A DNA stretch of 28,404 nucleotides from a candidate division WOR-3 bacterium (GCA_965648935.1 CBFGIY010000026.1:1-28404); one strand, 5' to 3'. Counted from the first letter of the stretch, positions 8,931-16,201 are shown. The notes: generated by a model not told the origin, from the sequence alone. Program-made: numbers and translations.

Positions 8931-9613
8931 AGCTCTCCGTAATACAATCGCTCGGGGTCCTGGTCCTGGCCGCGCTCGTCTTTGGCTGGTCCGAGCTCTA
9001 CCTGCCGGTGCGCGAAAGCCTCGCCATCGACCTCGTGCGGGTCGGCACAAGCCTGCACCGGATGCGCCAGCACGCGGCCCGGCTGCGCGCCGAAATCCCG
9101 GGGCTGGAAGGGGAGATTGAACGGCTGACCCGCTCGGTCGGCGAGCTCGCCGGGCAGTTCGCCAGCGCGTTCTCGAACGAGCTCTACATCGCGGTCAACC
9201 CGGCCTCGAACCGGCTCTACCTGCGCCGCGGCCAGGAGGAACTCCTCGCCGCGATCATCTCGACCGGCACCAACGACACCCTGCGCTATGGCAAGCGGCG
9301 CTGGGTGTTCGAAACGCCGCGCGGCATGATGACCGTGCTGCGCAAGAAGGCCGACCCGGTGTGGATCAAACCCGACTGGGCCTTCCTTGAAAAGGGCGAG
9401 CCCGTGCCGCCGCGCGACTCGCCCGAGCGCATCGAGCGCGGGGTACTGGGCAAGTACATGCTCGACCTCGGCGGCGGCATAATGATTCACGGCACGCCCC
9501 ACGAAGACAAACTCGGCCGCAGCGTCTCCCACGGCTGCATCCGGGTCGGGCTGGCCGACCTGCAGGTGCTCTACGACTCGGTGCCGGTCGGCACGCGGGT
9601 CTACATCTTCTAG
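8927..9613 (+). CDS. L,D-transpeptidase (YkuD family) with N-terminal TM and coiled coil
   Basis: ISTG, ETPRG, PVWIKPDW, IHGT...SVSHGCIRV (His codon 9488, Cys codon 9536), VGTRVYIF; GTGA overlap with upstream gene. Confidence 0.92.
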   Translation: MKLSVIQSLGVLVLAALVFGWSELYLPVRESLAIDLVRVGTSLHRMRQHAARLRAEIPGLEGEIERLTRSVGELAGQFASAFSNELYIAVNPASNRLYLRRGQEELLAAIISTGTNDTLRYGKRRWVFETPRGMMTVLRKKADPVWIKPDWAFLEKGEPVPPRDSPERIERGVLGKYMLDLGGGIMIHGTPHEDKLGRSVSHGCIRVGLADLQVLYDSVPVGTRVYIF

Positions 9614-9615
9614 CG

Positions 9616-10266
9616 ATGCGCGGATTCGTGCGCGGACTGGCCATATTCGCCACGGTCGTGGGCGGGCTGGCCGTTGTGCGTCTGGCCGACGCAGTCGGCA
9701 AGCGCGAGCTCGTGCGCGTCGCCGCCGACGTCGCGGCCGAGGAAAGCCTTGCCGTCCGCCAGTGGAGCGAAACCCGCCAGGCGCGCAACCGGCTCCTGGT
9801 TGACGAGCAGTTTCTGACCGCGCGCATCGCCAACCTGTCGCGCAACGAGCCGTACATCGTGATAGACCGCAACCGCTCGCGCATCACCCTCGCCCTGCAG
9901 GAAAAGACCCTCTTTGAAGCCGACTACCGGTTCCGCGGCACGGTCGGGGCCGACCGCGAGTTCGCCCGGCTGCCCAAGGCGACCCTCTCAGTCCTGGGCA
10001 AGCGCCAGCAGACCGACTGGTACAGGCCCGACTGGCTCTACCGGCTTCAGGGCCTCAACCCGCCGGCCGACTCGGCCGAGCGGCTCGTGCGCAACGCCTT
10101 CGGTCCGGGTGAAATCTTCCTCGGCGGCGACATCGTCATCCACGGCCGGCCGCGCGACGCCGTGCCCCCGGGTGCGCTCGACCACAGCTACATCGAACTG
10201 GATGAGATCGCCCTGCGCGCGATCTACGACGCGGCCAGGACCGGCACCCTCGTCCTGATACACTGA
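9616..10266 (+). CDS. L,D-transpeptidase-like paralog lacking the catalytic Cys
   Basis: Collinear with the upstream LDT (YIVID, WYRPDW, LGGDIVIHG, GTLVLIH) but SHGC is replaced by DHSY. Confidence 0.82.
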   Translation: MRGFVRGLAIFATVVGGLAVVRLADAVGKRELVRVAADVAAEESLAVRQWSETRQARNRLLVDEQFLTARIANLSRNEPYIVIDRNRSRITLALQEKTLFEADYRFRGTVGADREFARLPKATLSVLGKRQQTDWYRPDWLYRLQGLNPPADSAERLVRNAFGPGEIFLGGDIVIHGRPRDAVPPGALDHSYIELDEIALRAIYDAARTGTLVLIH

Positions 10267-10278
10267 CCGCGGCCGGTT

Positions 10279-10306
10279 TTGACTTCGGCCCGGCCCGGGC
10301 TATGCT
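10279..10306 (+). promoter_or_regulatory. sigma70-type promoter for tRNA-Ser
   Basis: TTGACT-N16-TATGCT followed by a GC-rich discriminator. Confidence 0.65.
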
Positions 10307-10342
10307 GGCTCGGCGCGGCCGCAGCGCCACAGACAATCCGCC

Positions 10343-10429
<87 letters not shown>

Positions 10430-10432
10430 TTC

Positions 10433-10453
10433 AGCCGCCCCTAATGGGCGGCT
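10433..10453 (+). terminator. Hairpin immediately 3' of tRNA-Ser
   Basis: AGCCGCCC-CTAAT-GGGCGGCT 8-bp stem; weak U tract. Confidence 0.5.
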
Positions 10454-10522
10454 TCGCTCTCGGAGCGTGCCTTGCGAGGTCGGGGCCAAACTCATGCGCC
10501 TTCTTCTTACGAGAGAAACGGA

Positions 10523-10544
10523 CGGGGCAGCCGAAGCCGCCCCG
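10523..10544 (-). terminator. Probable terminator of the Pro-rich gene
   Basis: Minus strand CGGGGCGGC-UUCG-GCUGCCCCG. The G-U pair forms only on the minus strand; cUUCGg tetraloop; followed by UCCGUUUCUC. Confidence 0.55.
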
Positions 10545-10565
10545 CCTGGTTGACTTGTCCGGCCT

Positions 10566-11714
10566 CTAGCGCTGCACCACGAGCTTGCGTGCCGCCTCAA
10601 CGCCCGGCGCGGCCATACGGAGGAGGTAAGCGCCGTTGCTCAGGCGGCCGAAATCGACCTCATAGATGCCGTCGCGGCGGACCGGCATCTCGGACCGCAT
10701 CACAACCTTCCCGGCGAGGTCGATCACCGAAACCTCGACCCGCCCGGAACCCATCTGCCCAGCCTGGAAACCTATCCGGGCCGACTGGCTGACCAGCGGG
10801 TTGGGCACAATTATCGGGACCGCGATGCGCTGGTTGTACTGACTCTCAACACCATTCCGACTGACTTGCTGGACCGGACCGGGCTTATACACCACCCGCT
10901 TCGGGCTCGGCTCGACCGGCCGCGGATTGTACTGGCGTCCCGGCTCGGGCGCGATCACAGGGCGGCTGACCGGCATATTGGCTCCCTGGCCGCCGTCAGG
11001 CTCCATCCCGGGGCCCATCAGCCCCGCGCCCGGCTTGTAGACGATCCGCTTCGGGTTCGGCTCGACCGGTCTGGGGTTGTACTGGCGTCCCGGCTCGGGC
11101 GCGACCACGGAGCGGCCAACCGGCGGAACAGGTGAACGAGGGTTCTCACGCGGTTCGACGATACCGGGCATCACCGGGTAGTTGCCCCGCCCCGGGCCGT
11201 CGACGACCAGCGGCGGCGGCACTGCGCGCGGCTCGGCAATTATCGGCGCCACCGGTTCGAGGCTGACGGGCGGTTCAAGGATTATCGGTTCGACCGGAAA
11301 GAAAACCCACCCGGGCAGGTCACTGCCCCCGGAGTTCATCGGGTTGTTCACGAAGAGCGCGTTGGGATTGAGCAACACCGGATCAGGCCCGGCCACCGGA
11401 TCGATCATCGGCTCGACAGGCAGGACATTGGGCACTGGTTCGGCAGGCATCGGTTCGACCGGAAGGATGCTGCGAACCGGCTGGTCAGAACGGGGATCCA
11501 TCGGCTCGGCCGGCATCGGCTCAACCGGCATTATGCTGCGAATAGGCAGGTCAGCAGAAGGTTCCTTTGGCTCAATCCCGATCACCGGGTCGATGTTGGG
11601 GTCAAGCATCGGGTCGGGCTCAATCTGCTGGGCGTAACCGATTGCCAGTGCGGCGCTGCCGAACAGGACGAAAGAAAGCAGAAAAGCAAAAGAGGTCAGC
11701 TTGTTACCGGACAT
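10566..11714 (-). CDS. Secreted Pro-rich repeat protein with T9SS-type C-terminal sorting domain
   Basis: ATG 11714 with AGGAGG RBS; signal peptide MSGNKLTSFAFLLSFVLFGSAALA; many PVEP/EP repeats; C-terminus IVPNP...VIDLAGKVV...LSNGAYLLR...KLVVQR. Confidence 0.85.
   Translation of the reverse strand: MSGNKLTSFAFLLSFVLFGSAALAIGYAQQIEPDPMLDPNIDPVIGIEPKEPSADLPIRSIMPVEPMPAEPMDPRSDQPVRSILPVEPMPAEPVPNVLPVEPMIDPVAGPDPVLLNPNALFVNNPMNSGGSDLPGWVFFPVEPIILEPPVSLEPVAPIIAEPRAVPPPLVVDGPGRGNYPVMPGIVEPRENPRSPVPPVGRSVVAPEPGRQYNPRPVEPNPKRIVYKPGAGLMGPGMEPDGGQGANMPVSRPVIAPEPGRQYNPRPVEPSPKRVVYKPGPVQQVSRNGVESQYNQRIAVPIIVPNPLVSQSARIGFQAGQMGSGRVEVSVIDLAGKVVMRSEMPVRRDGIYEVDFGRLSNGAYLLRMAAPGVEAARKLVVQR
10879..11108. 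repeat. Intragenic direct repeat, 2 x ~80 nt, 150 nt apart
   Basis: 10879-10958 and 11029-11108 encode V[VI]APEPGRQYNPRPVEP[NS]PKR[IV]VYKPG. Confidence 0.9.
11437..11554. repeat. Intragenic direct repeat, 2 x 52 nt, 66 nt apart
   Basis: 11437-11488 and 11503-11554 encode D[LQ]P[IV]RSI[ML]PVEPMPAEP. Confidence 0.85.
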
Positions 11715-11880
11715 GTCATCCTCCTGGCGGCTCTCCGCCAAGTTTCGACTTCACTCCTGGTTTTCAATTTCCACCTTGGTAACTCCCTTGTCTCCACTAT
11801 CTCAACCTCGCACCATAGACCCGGTTCCGGACGCAAGGATTCAGAATTTCGCGAAACTCGCCGAAAAGGCGCTTGCGATG

Positions 11881-11908
11881 TTGACGCGCGGCCGGCCTCG
11901 GCTAGACT
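11881..11908 (+). promoter_or_regulatory. sigma70-type promoter
   Basis: TTGACG-N16-TAGACT; the leader carries AGGAGG at 11945-11950. Confidence 0.65.
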
Positions 11909-11955
11909 CTCTTGGTCCTCAGGGCAGGAATCCTCACCCAAATCAGGAGGCAGCT

Positions 11956-12612
11956 TTGACCAAGTACGTTCTCGCGGCCATAGCGATCTGCGCGGCCGCA
12001 GCGCTGGGCAACATCGAATCATTGCTGATCGTCGGCGGCAACCGGGCCGACATCGACTCGATCGCGTTTCAGAACTCGGGCGCCACGACAATGGTCCCGA
12101 CACCCGGATTCGGCGGTCCGCCCGAAACCTCGGACAGCTTCACGTTCCACTCGAGCGTGAGGTGGCCGGAGCGCGGCGTCACCATCCACTACCGGATTGA
12201 CGGCAACCGCCAGAACCCGTTTGAAATCCGCCAGTTGCGCGAGCGCGAGTTCTACGAGTTGCCCGCGTTCCTTGACGGGCCTCCCAAGATAATGTTCTAC
12301 ACCACCACCGGGCTGGCCGCGCCCGGCCGCTCTGTCGCGCTGTCGCGCTTGAACGCCTCGCCCAACCCGATGACCGCTTCGGCTGAAGTCAGGTTCGCGG
12401 TCGGCCGTCCGGGCCGGCTCGTCGCCGAGGTGTACGACGGCACCGGACGGGTCGTGCGCGCTCTGGCCGCCGGCCAGGCCGTGCCCGGCCTGCACCGGCT
12501 GACCTGGCACAGGACAGACGACGCAGGCCGGCCCGTCGGTCCCGGCGTGTACTTCCTGCGCGTCGCGCTCGACGCGGACCTGGCGCTGGCCAGGCTCACG
12601 GTTATAGACTAG
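11956..12612 (+). CDS. Small secreted protein with FlgD-Ig / T9SS-type C-terminal domain
   Basis: TTG start 5 nt after AGGAGG; signal peptide; C-terminus ASPNPM...VYDGTGRVVRAL...LTW..TDDAGRPVGPGVYFLR. Confidence 0.82.
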   Translation: MTKYVLAAIAICAAAALGNIESLLIVGGNRADIDSIAFQNSGATTMVPTPGFGGPPETSDSFTFHSSVRWPERGVTIHYRIDGNRQNPFEIRQLREREFYELPAFLDGPPKIMFYTTTGLAAPGRSVALSRLNASPNPMTASAEVRFAVGRPGRLVAEVYDGTGRVVRALAAGQAVPGLHRLTWHRTDDAGRPVGPGVYFLRVALDADLALARLTVID

Positions 12613-12629
12613 GCGGCAGCGCCTGGTTC

Positions 12630-12657
12630 GCGCGGGGGCGGGCGACCGCCCCCGCGC
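12630..12657. terminator. Strong GC hairpin, probable terminator between convergent genes
   Basis: GCGCGGGGGCGG-GCGA-CCGCCCCCGCGC, perfect 12-bp stem with GNRA loop; no clear U tract. Confidence 0.6.
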
Positions 12658-12737
12658 CTGTCTCATCGGCGCTTCCGGACGCAGCGCAAGGGAACGGCGG
12701 AGGCAGCCGCCGGCCCGGGCCGGGGCCGTGCCCGCGA

Positions 12738-12905
12738 CTGGCGCGCTTGCTGAACTGCGGTCTGGCCGCCGCGCTCGGCCCGTTGCTGGCCGTGCGGTTC
12801 GAAGCGGGCCTGCAACGCAAGGTCGCCGGCGCGCTGGCCGCACGGCTCATACTCGGTTTGGCCGCTGCGCTCAAAGCACAGCTCACGCCGCGATTCGCCC
12901 CGGAC
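12738..12905. repeat. Degenerate 12-nt-period array, 14 units, consensus YTS-N9
   Basis: T at position 2 and G/C at position 3 in all 14 consecutive 12-mers starting 12738, 12750 ... 12894. Confidence 0.75.
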
Positions 12906-12951
12906 TCAGCCGCCGCGCCGAATCCGGCAGCCATTGGGGGAGTCACCCCCT

Positions 12952-12999
12952 CCACAACATGTGGTATGCCCGCCACGCTTGCGCCACTATATGTAGCGG
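12952..12999. promoter_or_regulatory. Tandem NrdR-box-like operators
   Basis: CCACAACATGTGGTAT (12952-12967) and CCACTATATGTAGCGG (12984-12999), starts 32 bp apart; both resemble acaCwAtATaTwGtgt. Confidence 0.6.
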
Positions 13000-13049
13000 T
13001 CTTGCCGAACCCATCTTTGCCGGCACGACCGTCCTCTGACAGGGCCAGG

Positions 13050-14510
13050 TCAGGGCCGGGACCGGCCAAGGATTCGTTGGAGTACCTCGAAATCGGCCGC
13101 GCTGGCCAGCACCTGCAGGACATCGCCCCCTTCAAGCACTGTGGGGCCCGACGGGATGACGTACTCACCGCCGCGCGCGATGAGCAGTATCAGGCACTTG
13201 TCCGGCACCCCGAGCTCGGCAATGGTCTTGCCCGCCGCCGCCGACTCGTAGGGTACTATCGCCTCGAAGAGCTCGGCGTCAATCCCCTCGGTCTTCTCGA
13301 ACTCGATCGGGCTACGCGCCCGGGTCTCCAGCGGCGCATCGACCCGGAGCAGCCGCGCTACATATGGAATCGATGTCCCCTGTATGAAGACCGACGCGAT
13401 GACGACGAAGAACACGATGTTGAACATCGTCTCGGCCTGGCCGATGCCTGCAGTCAGCGGGAAGGTCGCGAGGATGATCGGCACCGACCCGCGTAACCCG
13501 ACCCAGGCGACAAACGCCTTCTTGCGCAGGCTCATTCGAAACGGCGCCAGGCACGCGAGAACGCCCAGCGGCCGGGCGACCACCATCAACAGCACCGCCA
13601 TCAGCAGCCCTGGCCCGACCAGCCGCGCCACCGCCGACGGGAACACGAGCAGGCCCAGCGCGACAAACATCACTATCTGCATCAGCCACGCCAGCCCGTC
13701 GTGGAATCGCAGGATTGTCCGCTTGTTGGGGAAATCCGCCTGCCCGATTGTCAGTCCTGCAAGGTACACCGCGAGGATTCCGTTGCCCCGCAGCAGTGCC
13801 GCGGCGGCGTAGGTCAGCAGCACCAGCCCGACCATCGCCACCGGGTACAGACCCTCGTAGGCAAGCTTCAGCCGACGCAGCACCGGCACGACGAGCCTGC
13901 CCATCACCAGACCGGTCGCCGCGCCGACGCCCATGTCAAGGGCCAGCCGCGGCAAGAGCGCCGCGACGCCCATCCCCTCCGCGCCCATCAGGCTGATGAC
14001 GCCGGCGGTAAGGAATACCGCCATAGGGTCGTTGGAGCCCGACTCCAGTTCGAGCAACGGGCGCAGGGGACGCTCCAGGCTCACCTGCCTCGACCGCAGG
14101 ACCCCGAACACCGCCGCCGCGTCGGTCGACGAGACGATCGAGCCGAGCAGCAGGCCCTCCAGCGGCGAGAGCTTCAGCACCAGCATCGCGAAACCGCCGG
14201 CCAGCACCGCGGTCAGGAGCACGCCGACGGTCGACAGCACCACGCCGGGCCACAGCACGGCGCGCGTGTCCTTCCAGTTCGTGTCCAGCCCGCCCGAGAA
14301 GATGATGAAGATGAGGGCGACGATGCCGATTGACTTCGCCAGCCCCGCGTCGTCGAAGTGTATGCCCCCGATGCCCTCGGAACCGGCCAGCATCCCCACG
14401 GCCAGAAACAGCAACAGCACCGGTATCGAGAACCGGTCCGACAGCTTGCTCGATGCGACGCTGGCGAGGATGATTACGGCCAGGGAAAAGAGAATGCTCT
14501 CGAGTGGCAC
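13050..14510 (-). CDS. nhaP2: K+/H+ antiporter (CPA1, NhaP2/CvrA type) with C-terminal TrkA-C/RCK-C domain
   Basis: GMLAGSEGIGGI.FDD, SSTDAAAVF, LELESGSNDPMAV, FHDGLAWLMQI.MF..LGLLVFP, WVGLRGSVPIILA; C-terminal GKTIAELG..IARGGEYVIPSG.TVLEGGD. Confidence 0.93.
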   Translation of the reverse strand: MPLESILFSLAVIILASVASSKLSDRFSIPVLLLFLAVGMLAGSEGIGGIHFDDAGLAKSIGIVALIFIIFSGGLDTNWKDTRAVLWPGVVLSTVGVLLTAVLAGGFAMLVLKLSPLEGLLLGSIVSSTDAAAVFGVLRSRQVSLERPLRPLLELESGSNDPMAVFLTAGVISLMGAEGMGVAALLPRLALDMGVGAATGLVMGRLVVPVLRRLKLAYEGLYPVAMVGLVLLTYAAAALLRGNGILAVYLAGLTIGQADFPNKRTILRFHDGLAWLMQIVMFVALGLLVFPSAVARLVGPGLLMAVLLMVVARPLGVLACLAPFRMSLRKKAFVAWVGLRGSVPIILATFPLTAGIGQAETMFNIVFFVVIASVFIQGTSIPYVARLLRVDAPLETRARSPIEFEKTEGIDAELFEAIVPYESAAAGKTIAELGVPDKCLILLIARGGEYVIPSGPTVLEGGDVLQVLASAADFEVLQRILGRSRP

Positions 14511-14555
14511 TTCGTGTTGTCCCGTTCGCCGGGCCCGACCCGCGGCTGTGTGGAC

Positions 14556-14584
14556 AATCTACGCGATTTGCCCGGCGCGGTCAA
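14556..14584 (-). promoter_or_regulatory. sigma70-type promoter for the antiporter
   Basis: Minus strand TTGACC-N17-TAGATT. Confidence 0.55.
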
Positions 14585-14606
14585 ACTCCCCGCCCGCATC
14601 GGGTAG

Positions 14607-14634
14607 TTGACCTGCAGCGCGCCGGGCCTACTCT
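14607..14634 (+). promoter_or_regulatory. sigma70-type promoter, divergent from the antiporter promoter
   Basis: TTGACC-N16-TACTCT, 5 nt before GTG 14640. Confidence 0.55.
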
Positions 14635-14639
14635 TACCC

Positions 14640-14717
14640 GTGCCGGTACTGCCCGAACTCGAGGCCATCAGGACACGGCCCGGTGCCGAACCGGCCGGGC
14701 AAAGCCCGCCGAGATGA
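14640..14717 (+). pseudogene. 25-codon micro-ORF resembling the N-terminus of Fpg/MutM
   Basis: MPVLPELEAIRTRPGAEPAGQSPPR*, compared with the Fpg/Nei start MPELPE[VL]E..R; the stop overlaps the next ATG (ATGA). Confidence 0.45.
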
Positions 14718-15847
14718 ACGACACCATCAGCCCGACCGCGCGCATCGTCACGGTCTGCTCAAGCATCGGCCGCGGCCACCCGTCGTATCTCGACTCGGTG
14801 CTCGCGGCCCTGAAGACACAGCCCGGCTTCAAACCCGGCCGGCTTTCTGAGCACACCGTCTTCTCGCTCGGCTCGCCGGTCAACCGGCAAGCCTGGCGCG
14901 CGGCGCGCACAGCCTACGAGCTTGCCGGCTCGGGTAGCCGCGCCGCCGCGCTCTACAACCGCCTGCGCTCGGACGCGTCGCCCTCGCGCCTCACGCTTGC
15001 CCTGCTCGGCTCTGGCCTGCGCCGGTGCCTTGCCGGCCGCGGCGGAATCTGCGTGGTCGACCACCCCCTGCTCGCGCGCATCCTCGCCGATGTCTGCCGG
15101 GTCGTCTACCTGCACGCCGAGATTGCCGCCCCGCGCTCCTCGGTCGTGCCCCGGGCCTGGCGCACGCTCGTGCCGCTTGAAGCGACCGCAGCCGACTTCG
15201 CCGCGGCCGGGGCCTGGCCCGACACGCTTACGGTCACCGGCCTCGTTGTCGAACCCGAACTGGAACGCACCGCCGAGGCCGACTTCGCCGCGCGCCTCGA
15301 GCGCATCCGGTCGGCCGGGCCGCTCACGGTCGGCCTGTTCACCTCGGGCGCTTACCCGCGGCCCCACCTCGAACTACTTGCCGAGGCCGCCCGGTCAATC
15401 GAGACCCAGGGCTGGCGCGCCGTCGTGTTTGCCGGGGACCGGCCCGACCGCGCGCGCGGGCTTGCCGCGCCCGGCCGGACGGTCTGTGCCGGCGCGGGCC
15501 GCACCGCGGCGACAGGCCGCGAGTGCGCCGCAGCGCCCGCGCTCGACCTGATGGTCGCGGCCTGCCACGAGCGCACCGGCCGCGCGGTCGCGCTCGGTTT
15601 GCCCCTGTTCTGCCTCCTGCCCCACATCGGCCCATTCGCGCCGCTCAACTGCCGCTTTGCGCGCGAACGCGGCGTGTGCGAAACGCTGGCGACGCCGGCC
15701 GACGCACGCACGCTCGGCCCGCGGCTTGTCGGACTGCGCGCCTCGGGTAAGCTTGAAGCGATGGCCTGCTCCGGCTGGCACCCCGAACTCCTCGGCGGCG
15801 CCGAGCGCGCGGCCCGGCTGATTCTCGAATGGAGCGAAACCCGGTGA
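14714..15847 (+). CDS. Putative GT-B fold glycosyltransferase-like protein (MGDG synthase/MurG-like, divergent)
   Basis: N-terminal IVTVCSSIGRGH; VTGLVVEPE linker; C-terminal DLMVAA...AVALGLPLFCL.P..G.....N..FA.ERGV. Confidence 0.6.
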   Translation: MNDTISPTARIVTVCSSIGRGHPSYLDSVLAALKTQPGFKPGRLSEHTVFSLGSPVNRQAWRAARTAYELAGSGSRAAALYNRLRSDASPSRLTLALLGSGLRRCLAGRGGICVVDHPLLARILADVCRVVYLHAEIAAPRSSVVPRAWRTLVPLEATAADFAAAGAWPDTLTVTGLVVEPELERTAEADFAARLERIRSAGPLTVGLFTSGAYPRPHLELLAEAARSIETQGWRAVVFAGDRPDRARGLAAPGRTVCAGAGRTAATGRECAAAPALDLMVAACHERTGRAVALGLPLFCLLPHIGPFAPLNCRFARERGVCETLATPADARTLGPRLVGLRASGKLEAMACSGWHPELLGGAERAARLILEWSETR

Positions 15848-16170
15848 ACCCGTCACTCCCGTCCGGCCGTGTGGATACCGCCCGGCCGCACTTCGAACTG
15901 GTCCACAGCTTCTACAAGGAGACCGTGGCCCGGGTTGGGTATGCCGCCGCGGGCGCGGGTCTCGCCGTCGAGTACGAGGACGGCGAGGCGGCCGCGGACG
16001 AGCGGGTGCGCGCCGACGTCGCGGCCTCCATCGCCGCCCGACTGCGCGACTGCCCTGGTGCGGCCGAAAGCCTGTTTGACCGCCTCTGCTCGTCCTGCGC
16101 CGGGCCCGAGAACCTCTACGCCCGGGTCCACTGGTACCTCTTCGACCCTGCACTGCTCCCGCCAGACTAG
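15844..16170 (+). CDS. Hypothetical protein
   Basis: GTGA overlap with the upstream stop; GC3-rich codons; 108 aa. Confidence 0.6.
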   Translation: MNPSLPSGRVDTARPHFELVHSFYKETVARVGYAAAGAGLAVEYEDGEAAADERVRADVAASIAARLRDCPGAAESLFDRLCSSCAGPENLYARVHWYLFDPALLPPD

Positions 16171-16201
16171 CGGACGCGAGCCAAAACCCACAAGATTTCG
16201 C

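Noticed and set aside
12738..12905. CRISPR array interpretation of the periodic element
   Set aside because: The conserved part is only ~3 nt per 12-nt unit, far from CRISPR repeat/spacer sizes, and there are no cas genes.
12747..13496. 249-aa plus ORF and 188-aa minus ORF (12602-13168) as ordinary genes
   Set aside because: Both overlap the antiporter substantially and lack convincing starts; the real signal is the 12-nt periodicity, reported separately.
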